From contig NW_027362764.1 in assembly GCF_046119375.1 (NCBI RefSeq), forward strand, positions 57,412,001 through 57,476,000: a stretch of 64,000 bases of DNA. The letters are read 5' to 3'. Under the pieces are notes generated by a model, which was not told the DNA's origin, did not search any database, and worked only from the letters and a program-made list of their open reading frames with translations. The stretch comes from Phyllobates terribilis. Lineage: Eukaryota. A program made the position numbers and the translations under genes. This document shows, in pieces, positions 23,401 through 35,400 of the stretch (the stretch's first letter is position 1; each line of letters starts with the position of its first letter).

Positions 23401-26400
23401 TATTCCCATCTCTAAGATCCTATCCCAATACGTAGTAGGTGTAATATTAATAATATTAGCAATTACCTTCAAATAGAAACGTAGTATAGTTCTTCAGATT
23501 AGCTATGTTGCTTACCCTATGTGCAGGGCATTACAGTAACTTGGGTATCCATAGTTACAACTACTCATATAGTGACAGTTAGTTAGTTGTTAGTGGACAT
23601 AAACATGGATATCTAAGCTACTGCAATGCCCTGAACATGGGGTAAGCGGTATAGCGAATCAGAAGAACTATACTACATTTCTAATTGGAGGTATTTGCTA
23701 TTATTATTATTACTATTCCTACTACATATTGGGATAGGATCTTGGAGATTTGAAAACCTTTTAATTTATTCCTCCTGGAACGGTATGTATTTTTTTTTTT
23801 TTTGACATTTGCATTGTTCCTTTCTCAAATAAATATCTTTCGAGGAGGAATAACTTAAGAAAGAAAGGGACAACACAAATGTCTAAAAATAAATAAATAA
23901 ATAAATGTCATTCGAGGAGGAATAATTTTTTATTTTTTTTTTAGACATTTGCATTGTTCTTTTCCTAAGTTATTCTTCCTGGAAAGGTACTAATAACTAG
24001 ACAACTGGATGCTACTATTGTGCTTGCTAATAGATGGAGTCGTTACATAGTTAGCGCTGTTTGGACAGTGTCAATGTGTAAAGACTGGCCCCCAACGACA
24101 AGGGGAACAGGTAACACCCAGCTGACAATTTATACATTCCCAGATGTAATAGTAGAGGAGCGGCACAATACAAATATTATCCAGCATTGTTATGTGCAGG
24201 ATAATACAAGTATTTTCTAACTCAGGAGAGCTGTTAAAGTTTAGGATGAGGACACTGAAAGAAACTGTGTATAGTGAAGGTGTACAGATTACGCTTTTGA
24301 CATATCAGTATTTAAAGGGATTGTCCAGGATTAGAAATACAGGTCTGTTTTTTTTTTCAGAAACAGCACCACACCTGTCCATAGATGGTATAATTCCAAT
24401 TTGCGTCAATGGTGCCAAACTGCAATACCTGGAGCAACTAATGGACAGGAGTGGAGCAGTTTCTTGAAGAAAGCAGCCACGCTTTCTTAATCTAGGTCAG
24501 ATATTTATGGCCACCTACGATGGCTAGATTACCTGAGAGACTCAAGTTCTTTAAAGTGCTTGTGCTGCAGCTTGAGGGTTGATTCAAGTTCCATCTTGGT
24601 TAGTGCAAGTTCATTCTTGATTTCGGCTGACAGGAGCCTCTCCGAGCCCAGCTGCTCCTGCAGCTCGCCGGCTTTGGCGTTCATGCTGTGGAGTTGCAGG
24701 TGCATTTCTTGGGGGAGCGAGGACTGATCTTGCGGCAGATAGAGAGCAGCCCCTGTCCAGAGAGGAGAACAATATAAGGTGGGGGGCTCTGAAACTCTGT
24801 GCAAGCGCTGCTTTTTTTTGGGGGTCCAAAACAGTAAAAGAAGCAATGAAAGATTTCCACTTTCTTGTGATCTTGTCTTACGTTTTTGATTTTCGCTTGT
24901 TTGTACAAATTGTTACATTTTAGGAAAGCTAGGTGACAACCAACATGGCCAGCAGAATATTTGACATCACCCAATTCTCCCATATTTGTTAATTCACCAA
25001 GTGTCAAATTACTCTGCTCCACAGATTTTGTCTGCACCTGTGCTCCTTGACCACCAGCCTTGTAGGAAACAGCAGCCGGTCCCATTTAGGTTTCCTGCAA
25101 AGTTGGGTGAACTGATGCGAGTGGAATAGAATTCTACTCGAAGTTTACAAAAATCTGTATTCTGGCCACATGTGGTGCTCCACTCTCTCCTGTATGGTCC
25201 TTGCGCCTCTTTTTACTACCACTGTGTGCCGAAACCCAGCGCCTCTACATGCTAGGCTGGGACTTCTGCCGTGACTACGCCGGGAAGGTCCCTAGACGCA
25301 GATGGACGTCCTAGCCTAATGTGAAGATGCCCTCGGTCTCAGCGCACTGTGGAGGTAAGGTGAGGCGGTGCGGACCGTATTAGGGAGAGTGAGCAGCGGA
25401 ATTGAGCATTCATTGATTCCTTATGTTTATTATGCCCTGGGGTTTCTCGAATCTCTCCAGACGCCAGTAGTATAATAAGGGACATTCAATTAGCAGAGAA
25501 TAAATTTGCTGCAAATTGAATTTTCTGGTAAAATTAAGCAGATTTGGAGAATGTATAGAAGAGGATGCCAAGATGTAGGAAAAAGTAGATTTTCATCCTC
25601 AGCACTGGTGAGGGGGTCTGACATCTTCTGATCATATAGTGATGGCATATCCTGGCGATATGTGATCACTTTACATAATGTGAATAACTCTGTAAGATTT
25701 GTTATTTTACCTTCAGTGCGATGCAAGGATTCAATACCAGGATTAACTTGCAGATTGGTCAACTTAGCGCGAAGATCCTGGATCTCGAGGAGCAAACTCC
25801 GCCGTTCAGCGTTCTGTATACAGTCCATGGCGTTAATCTGCTCCATACCCTGAAAAATAGAGTAACATTTGTAATACAATCAGTAGACATTAGGGGATTA
25901 CAAAAATAGTAGATAACACTGTACAGCAAGGTAAGCTATGCCAGTCTACATTCATATACAGATGCAGCAGAGCTGACCCCGATAGCTATACTTTATATTT
26001 CAATTCACCATCATTTTCCATATCTCTGTTTCAGTCAGTAAGTGGAATTAATGTTATATATTTTTAGAAACCTGTACAAAACTTGCCCACAACCGAGGGT
26101 TTGCTACATTTCTGTACACTCAAAGCATCCCTCTTGGAGATACAGCGTTGTTCCTCTCTCCCGTCACCCCCATCCTAAGTTTGCTGTAAAATATCAGCAA
26201 ATATCTTTGTTTTTTTTAAATGTATGATGACATTGTAGCAGCCCCTCATCTGTGACAGTAAGAAGAGATCAGGAAGCCAAAAAATCTGAAAGAATCTAAA
26301 CTTGCAAAACTTTTAATTCCAAAAAGATTCTTTTTTTTTTCAAAATTGAAAAAAGTCATTCCCTATCCATATGATAAGGGGGTAAGTTACTGATTGCTGG

Positions 26401-29400
26401 GGGACCGACAGATGTATGAGTGGAGGTCGAGCATGAAAACCTCAACTTCATTCGCTGCCAATGGTACAGATGAGAAAAGCCAAGAGCTGTTCTCAGGTAT
26501 ATCTGGAAGGCCTTAGAGGATGAATGGAGCGCAGGCATCAATGCTCAAAGTCTGCTCCATCTCTGAAAAGTGATCGGACTCCAAGTGATTAGTAAGGTAT
26601 CCCCCCTATCAGGAGGATAGGCGATGACCTTTAATTTTGGGAAAACCCCTTTTAAGATTTACTTATATCTGAAAAACCCCTTTAAAAACTCTGCACTGGG
26701 AGATCCGTAGAGCCCATCTGGTGCAGACAGCCGCATCCAGCGCCGGAGGAATCACCTGTTCTTGCAGTTGGTGATGCATTTTATTGACTAAGGCAGAGGC
26801 ATCACAATGGCCCAGCGAGGACAACTGGGTGTGGAAAGCAGAGAGAAGAGCATCCTGCTCTCTACAGAAGACCTCCTGTATGGCGTGCAGCAGTTCTCCT
26901 CTCCAGTCTGGGCAGCGGTCATGAAAATCCAACCTTGTCTGAACCTAAAATACAAAGGAAGCACAATTAAGAAAACTTCCAGATGCATGTGGCGTTCCTT
27001 TTCCCTTCCAACCAACAACACTACTCCACGGGAGAACCCGAGACAAATCCTACTATAGATCAATGGGGTCCAGGAGCCGCTGGGGCTCATCATGCGACAT
27101 ATGCATTGTGGCCAAATGGAGGCCACAGGGAAAAACTGAACGGCCCCTCAATTGTATTCAGTGTGTGCTTCTCTGTACATTGTAACGTGTAATCTGCCTC
27201 TAGCAGAAGACATCAAGGTAGATTATGGGAAGACGGACTCTGCTCGGCCCGCCTCGACACCGGACGACGGACTCGGCCCGCCTCGACACCGGAAGGCGGA
27301 CTCGGCCCGCCTCGACACCGGAAGGCGGACTCGGCCCGCCTCGACACCGGAAGGCGGACTCGGCCCGCCTCGACACCGGAAGGCGGACTCGGCCCGCCTC
27401 GACACCGGAAGGCGGACTCGGCCCGCCTCGACACCGGAAGGCGGACTCGGCCCGCCTCGACACCGGAAGGCGGACTCGGCCCGCCTCGACACCGGAAGGC
27501 GGACTCGGCCCGCCTCGACACCGGAAGGCGGACTCGGCCCGCCTCGACACCGGAAGGCGGACTCGGCCCGCCTCGACACAGGAAGGCGGACTCGGCCCGC
27601 CTCGACACAGGAAGGCGGACTCGGCCCGCCTCGACACAGGAAGGCGGACTCGGCCCGCCTCGACACAGGAAGGCGGACTCGGCCCGCCTCGACACAGGAA
27701 GGCGGACTCGGCCCGCCTCGACACAGGAAGGCGGACTCGGCCCGCCTCGACACAGGAAGGCGGACTCGGCCCGCCTCGACACAGGAAGGCGGACTCGGCC
27801 CGCCTCGACACAGGAAGGCGGACTCGGCCCGCCTCGACACAGGAAGGCGGACTCGGCCCGCCTCGACACAGGAAGGCGGACTCGGCCCGCCTCGACACAG
27901 GAAGGCGGACTCGGCCCGCCTCGACACAGGAAGGCGGACTCGGCCCGCCTCGACACAGGAAGGCGGACTCGGCCCGCCTCGACACAGGAAGGCGGACTCG
28001 GCCCGCCTCGACACAGGAAGGCGGACTCGGCCCGCCTCGACACAGGAAGGCGGACTCGGCCCGCCTCGACACAGGAAGACGGACTCGGCCCGCCTCGACA
28101 CAGGAAGACGGACTCGGCCCGCCTCGACACAGGAAGACGGACTCGGCCCGCCTCGACACAGGAAGACGGACTCGGCCCGCCTCGACACAGGAAGACGGAC
28201 TCGGCCCGCCTCGACACAGGAAGACGGACTCGGCCCGCCTCGACACAGGAAGACGGACTCGGCCCGCCTCGACACAGGAAGACGGACTCGGCCCGCGGGG
28301 CTTTGTCTCACTACAGGAAGCGGGGGCGGGGTTTTGTCTCACTACAGGAAGCGGGGGCGGGGTTTTGTCTCACTACAGGAAGCGGGGGCGGGGCTTTGTC
28401 TCACTACAGGAAGCGGGGGCGGGGTTTTGTCTCACTACAGGAAGCGGGGGCGGGGCTTTGTCTCACTACAGGAAGCAGGAGCAGGTCTACTCCTGCTTGT
28501 CTATCAAACTGCATGCAAATATAACAGAGGTGGTGTTTCATTTCAGTATAAGCCATTGAACAAAAGGTGGGTGCAATGCATTCTGGGAAGGGAAAGCAAG
28601 TTCCAGAGCATATAGTGAAATCGCCAAATAAAAAAGATTGTCAATTTACAAAGCATGAAAATCGAAGAAGTTCTTGGACGTTTTAGATGAGTATGTTAAC
28701 CTAAAGCAGTTTTATCTTATGGGTGATGTGTGTAGCAAGAGCATGCCGTTCTACAGGTTTTGGGTGAGATGACAGGTATGCTTTATAGGGAGTGTGTCAG
28801 CACAGAACGACCGTTCAAACAAAGCACAGGTGCTCGGTGCACTCTTTGAAGAAGCTCAGCTCATGGCTTTCAGCAATATTTTGTGGATTTTTTAAAGAGT
28901 TTTCTTAGGTACTGTATATTTGTACACTACATGGTGGGCTGTAAATGGCGGTATTATCAGTACTATATTGGCTAGAATTACTAAAATTTCCCCAGGATCC
29001 CATTCTCTATAAAACTCTTCCTGATTCAACACCACAACAGGGTTTTATATATAACGGAAAGTACTTTTACATGGCCGTGCACATCTGGGTTTGCTAAGAA
29101 AAATATAAAAATACCCAAACCTGTAAAGTATCACCCACAAACCTCAGGATCCTTGTAAAACTGCATTTTAGCAATCAAGTCTTTCAATGACGCGATGGTC
29201 TCTATTAAGGTTTTTCTTTCCTCGCGCCAGGACTGGGTGTTGATAGTAAAAGATTTCTCCTTCTCGGGGCTGGTGGCTTCGGTCAGCGACAAGACCTGCA
29301 TCCCCTCCTGATGGACGGCACGTAACAAGTCCTATAGGCATGACACTGATTGTTAGTACAGGTATAAATATCGGGAAGGGGGTCATCTTCTATCATTGTA

Positions 29401-32400
29401 GTTGGTACCTTGATCTTGCTTGGAAGTAACTCTTCTGGGACCTCGTCTCCCACTCTCAGTCCTTCAGGAAGGTGGTCGGGACTCTGAGCATCGTATGTTC
29501 CCTGGCTCCAATCACATTCTGTATCCATATGCCACAAAAGAATAAAATAATAAGTGACACGTGGGACTTCACTTTCTATGTAATAAAATAAGTATTTCAG
29601 TGATGGATTATATTATGAGCAGTTTAGAAGCCCGGGGCTCAGAGAAAAGTAACTAGTCCCATAAAGTCCTCATCACTGCACTTGACTTGTTCTCTACAGC
29701 TATGGTGGTGTTTTATAGATGGCATCAATACTGAATTCGGTGGACCATAGACCCTGGGAATGAAGACGGTTAAGTGTATGAGTTTGGGCTGGGGACTGAA
29801 TATTTCATTGTTTCTAGGATGTGAAATTAGGGGGCCGATTACATTGAGGGGCCCACTCTGGCCTTTGTATTAGTTTAGAAGTCTTGAGTCTGGTTGGGGT
29901 TTTGAATTAATTTAGAGGTCTGGTCTGGGATCTGAATCAATTTCAGAGTCTGATCTGGGTCTGAATTAATTGAGGAGCTTTAGTCTCTGGTCAAAACAAA
30001 GTAAGCGGTTTAGGGGTCAGGTCTAGGGTCAAAATGAACCGATAATTTTGACCCCAGATCAAACCAAATTAAAAAATCGGAGCTGGAGTCAAAGAGCAGA
30101 GGCAGGAGTCAATCTGGTATGGGGTCACAATAAACTGAGGGGTCTAGTCTGGGGTCAAAATTTCTTTAGCGGTCCTTACTTAGTGATCTGGGGACTGAAT
30201 TTTTGTAGGGGGTCAAGGATAAGTTTCTTCAAGTAAAGAGAATACAATGGATAACAAGCAGTCCTACGTAAAGACACCTTAAATGCACATTGATAACGTG
30301 AACAGTTATTTCAAACAACGCAAACAGCTCTTCTACATCTATCCACATATGCATCTATGTACTAGATATAGAGTTGAGCAAAAAGATTTACTTGATCCTA
30401 ATGGGCATGTCATTAAAGGGGTTGTCCACTACTTTTACACTGATGACCTATCCGTAGGATAGGGCATCAATGTATGATCGGTCGGGGTCCCACACGCGGC
30501 ACATCCCGACGATCAGCTGTTATAGTTGCTGGTGGCCGCGGTCGCCGGCCGGAAGTGCTCACCTGCGGGGCTCCGCCGTCAAGTGATAGTGGCCGCCAGG
30601 GTGTACTGCACATCCTCTCCCTATTCAATTGAATGGGAGACGGATGTGCAGTACACCTCGGTGACCACTACCACTTGACGGCGGAGCTCCGCAATTGAGC
30701 ACTTCCGGTCGTCGTCGGCCGCCGATGACAGCTGATCAGTGGAGGTGCCGCGTGCGGGACCCCAGCAAATCATACTTGGATGCCCTATCCTATGGATAGG
30801 GCATCAGTGTAAAAGTAGTGGACAACTTCTTTAATAGGGGCTGCAGGACCAGAGCCCTGCAAACCTCCTCCTATTTACTGACACTTCTGACTACAAGGCC
30901 CAGTGCGTTGCAGAACGATGTCATTCAGGCCCTATTAATCCGCAGTGGCGCAAGGATGCTGCAGGTTCACAGGGCTCAGCTCCAGGAGCCATGGACTACT
31001 GATGTTGCCGCTGGACCATGCCAAACCATATAAACATTCCTAACTACAAATTATAAAACCACATGAATATATTTAGATGTTAGGTTAAAAGGGAAGATGA
31101 TCTCACCACTAGAGGCAGCGTCTGTGAGGTGATACTGTGTAGAAAGAGCAGAATCTGCAACGACTCCACCCTAGGGAAACACAAAAATCTAATTAGATTA
31201 TAAAAATGGAAAGAATCTGAAAAAAAAACAACCCAAAAACTCATCCATTAATTATCAGTTTATCCTTTTTGTACCCCAGCCTCTCCTTTTTGTACAAAAG
31301 CCCCTCCTTTTTGACCCCAGCCCCTCCATGTAATTTATGAAAAAAAAAAAAAAAAATGATCCAATACGTCTGCACTTTACATGTTGTGTCGGCACGTTTT
31401 TCCATATAGTAGTGGTATGATGTAGGCATTTGTCTAACAAAGAGAATATCTTTTTTCTAGTAGAGATCCAATGAACCAGTCATAAATAATCAGAAAAAAA
31501 GAAGCTACATGCAAATCAGACTTAAAGTGCACTGGGGGCGTCATTATCCTTGAAAGTGCATTAACACGCCCCAGTGCACTTCCAACCTGATCGGCATAGG
31601 ATTTCTATATTAAGATTCTCATGTCTGGCATAACGGATGTCTATAAAAAAAAAAAAGTATCATTTTCATTTGGAGACAATTCCCTATACAGCTATACCAT
31701 TTATTCATTATGGAAAAAGATGCGGACGGGTTCCCTTTGAAAGGTTTCAGAGCAATAAGACTGAAGAATGTTCTGTGCTTTGAACATGGAATTAGGGCCC
31801 AGAATATAAACTTTTCAGTACCCGTATTACATGATGCCTAATACAGAGGTACTTACAGAAGATTTCAAGGCCTCGATAACGGCTTTTAGAGCCTCACATT
31901 CATTAGTAAGCGCCTGTGCGACAGCATATTGATCCCTCCTCAGAGTGTCCGCCTCGCTGATGTGCCGGGCTTCCATGTCGAGGATCTCAGCTGCGTGGAG
32001 CTCTTGCATCTGGCTGATCTTATCAGTGTAGAGCTCCATTAATTCGGCCACTTCCTCCGAGGTGTTGTTAAGGTGAGCGGACTCCAGCTCCTTCTGGACT
32101 CCTATGTGTTTGTGGTGGACCCGTGACGTCTGGTTGCTGTTGTTAACACTTGAGACTTTGTCGGTCTGGCATGATGATGATGTTGAGCTCTCCTTGGTGG
32201 CCCACTCTGGGCTTCTGACCCCATCTGTGAAATCTACACCAGGCATGGTCTTCTGCTCCTCTTCCTCAAGTTCTTTCTTCATGTAAAACGCCAACTTCTC
32301 CTCGGCGTGGGCGAGACATTTCTTCACGTCTCGAAGGTCTTCTTCGAGATGTGCCAAGTTGGATTCTTTGAGCTGTAGGATGTTTATGAAGAAAGCATTA

Positions 32401-35400
32401 AAAGTGAACTTCTACAAGACATGGAGGCCACCATATTGCTGGCCGACCTCACAATTCTATAAAGTACACACAGTGACTGTCTACCATGTCTACAAATGGA
32501 TGGGATTTTCCAGTCTTGCCTGAGCCACAGGATAGGTGAAAACTTACTGAGAGGTTTGACTCCTGGGTCCTCTATAGACTCAGAAATGCCCCATTCATGT
32601 CAACAGGATTGCCGGAGATGCCAAGTATACAGCTCGCCTTTCTCGGACATTTCCATAAAAAATGAATGGGTTTGGACAACGCTCCATTCTAACGGGATAT
32701 TTTAATTCCTTGTTCTTGGGAATAGTCGGGATAATTGAGGATAAACACCCAGCTTTCAGCAAGTTATAACCTATGCCGAAATTTGACTGCACTTGTAAAT
32801 AGACCCTTACAATCAGTTTGAGACCGTCAGAGCGGCAGCAATGATTCTGGGAGTAAGTATGGGTTATTTTTGTCTTTTATAAACATCCCAACACAATGGT
32901 AACTGAAATCCACTTTAATGGTAAGCAGGGGCAAAACTAAAGAAAATGCAAAGGCAGCAGCTGCAACCCAGTCCCTGGTGCCCAACGAGGCCCCTCTGCA
33001 ACATATGAAGACACCAGTGGCACAAAACATACATTTTGCATTGGGGACGAATATTTTCAAGTATCGGTTCTAGAACCTGGCATCGTACATCAGCAAATAG
33101 GACCCCACTTCCAATTTATAATACTTCACCGGTCATTAGTGCATGCTATATTCAGTGCCAGCATTTTTACTATAAAGGTAAAGCAGCGATCATCCCCCAC
33201 CATTAGCTCCTCCTTCAGTTTCTCCGCCATCTCTCTGTAATGGCACAGCTCTTCTTTGGCAGCCGTTGCTTCTGCTTTAGTAATGTGCAGCGCATTTTCC
33301 AGATCAGTCACAGTGTTGTCCTCAGACTTTAGAATAATTCCCTGTGGATAGGTAGAAGCCTCAAATCGTATAAACTGTATACTTTATGCGATGACAATTT
33401 AAAGGGCGTGCAATCATTTAAATAAAAACCAAATACTGAAGAATTTTGAAAATATTCACTAAAAATCTCTTACTTTTAGGTTTCTACAATTTGCATGCAC
33501 AACTATATGTCTCCATGGCTACAGACTACAAACAAACCTTTTGTAGTCGGATTTTGCAGTCAATGCTATTGAAAAGACCATTCTTGCAGAAATATATCTG
33601 TATAGGTACAGTACAGACCAAAAGTTTGGACACACCTTCTCATTTAAAGATTTTTCTGTATTCTCATGACTATAAAAATTGTACATTCACACTGAAGGCA
33701 TCAAAACTATGAATTAACACATGTGGAATTATATACTTAACAAAAAAGTGTGAAACACCTGAAAATATGTCTTATATTCTAGGTTCTTCAAAGTAGCCAC
33801 CTTTTGCTTTGATGACTGCTTTGCACACACTTGGCATTCTCTTGATGAGCTTCAAGAGGTAGTCACCGGAAATGGTTTTCACTTCACAGGTGTGCCCTGT
33901 CAGGTTTAATAAGTGGGATTTCTTGCCTTATAAATGGGGTTGGGACCATCAGTTGTGTTGTGCAGAAGTCAGGTGGATACACAGCTGATAGTCCTACTGA
34001 ATAGACTGTTAGCTGCTTTTTTCTTGCCATAATACAAATTCTAAGTAAAGAAAAACGAGTGGCCATCATTACTTTAAGAAATGAAGGTCAGTCAGTGCAA
34101 AAAATTGGGAAAACTTTGAAAGTGTCCCCAAGTGCCGTTGCAAAAACCATCATGCGCTACAAAGAAACTGGCTCACATGAGGACCGCCCCAGGAAAGGAA
34201 GACCAAGAGTCACCTCTGCTTCTGAGGATAAGTTTATCCGAGTCACCAGCCTCAGAAATCGCAGGTTAACAGCAGCTCAGATTAGAGACCAGGTCAATGC
34301 CACACAGACTTCTAGCAGCAGACACATCTCTTCAACAACTGTTAAGAGGAGACTTTGTGCAGCAGGCCTTCATGGTAAAATAGCTGCTAGGAAACCACTG
34401 CTAAGGACAGGCAACAAGCAGAAGAGACTTGTTTGGGCTAAAGAACCATTTCCGGTGACTACCTCTTGAAGCTCTTCAAGAGAATGCCAAGAGTGTGCAA
34501 AGCAGTCATCAAAGCAAAAGGTGGCTACTTTGAAGAACCTAGAATATAAGACATATTTTCAGTTGTTTCACACTTTTTTGTTAAGTATATAATTTCACAT
34601 GTGTTAATTCATAGTTTTGATGCCTTCAGTGTGAATGTACAATTTTCATAGTCATGAAAATACAGAAAAATATTTAAATGAGAAGGTGTGTCCAAACTTT
34701 TGGTCTGTACTGTATATAAAAATATTCTGATTTTGCAGTCAACATTATTCCCTTCCTTCTACTGTCACATAACTGCAGGTCTTTATTATATAGTTATGTG
34801 ACAGTAGAAAGAAGGGAACAACATTGACTGCAAAATCCGACTATTTAAATATATAATATATGTATATGTACACACACACATAAATATACATACACATATA
34901 TATATATATATATATTTCTTTTCACTAGCCTGTAATCAGAAAAAGCGAACATTTACCTGGGATAGTGCAGAGTCCATCACTCTTGATTCGCTTTCTGTCT
35001 GGTTCATGTCCGTTTTCCTTGTATAATTTTCCAAGACTTGCCGCAGGTCATGGAGTTGTCTCTCCTTCTCGTCCGCCTGTTGATTTGCGATATTAACCTG
35101 TTCACGTTCTACCTGTAGCTGCTCATGGAGGTCGGATAGCTGCTTCTCCAACTCTAAAAGTCTCATAGAGAGCGCTGATAACTTTGACTCGGTTTCCTCC
35201 TCCAAGGAAGGCTTAGCAAAAAGAGGCTGCATTTTTCTGTCTTCCTCATCCAGTCTGACAGGGCCATCATCTTCATGCAATTGTTTAGTGTGCACCTGAA
35301 TGGCTTTAAGCTGGGCGTCACTCACAAGAGCTGCAGCCACTTTTTCCCTGAGTGTGTCCTCCATGGCCACCACTATTTGACCATGTTGGTCGCTTTCAGC

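Noticed and set aside
27152-28615. Long Arg/Pro/Gly-rich ORFs on both strands (334-487 aa)
   Set aside because: They are translations of the stop-free 29-bp and 31-bp minisatellites, open in nearly all frames, and lie in an AKAP9 intron.
29836-30230. Degenerate about 30-bp ggtctggtctggg/tgaattaattt repeats
   Set aside because: Too degraded to define a unit; ordinary low-complexity intronic sequence.
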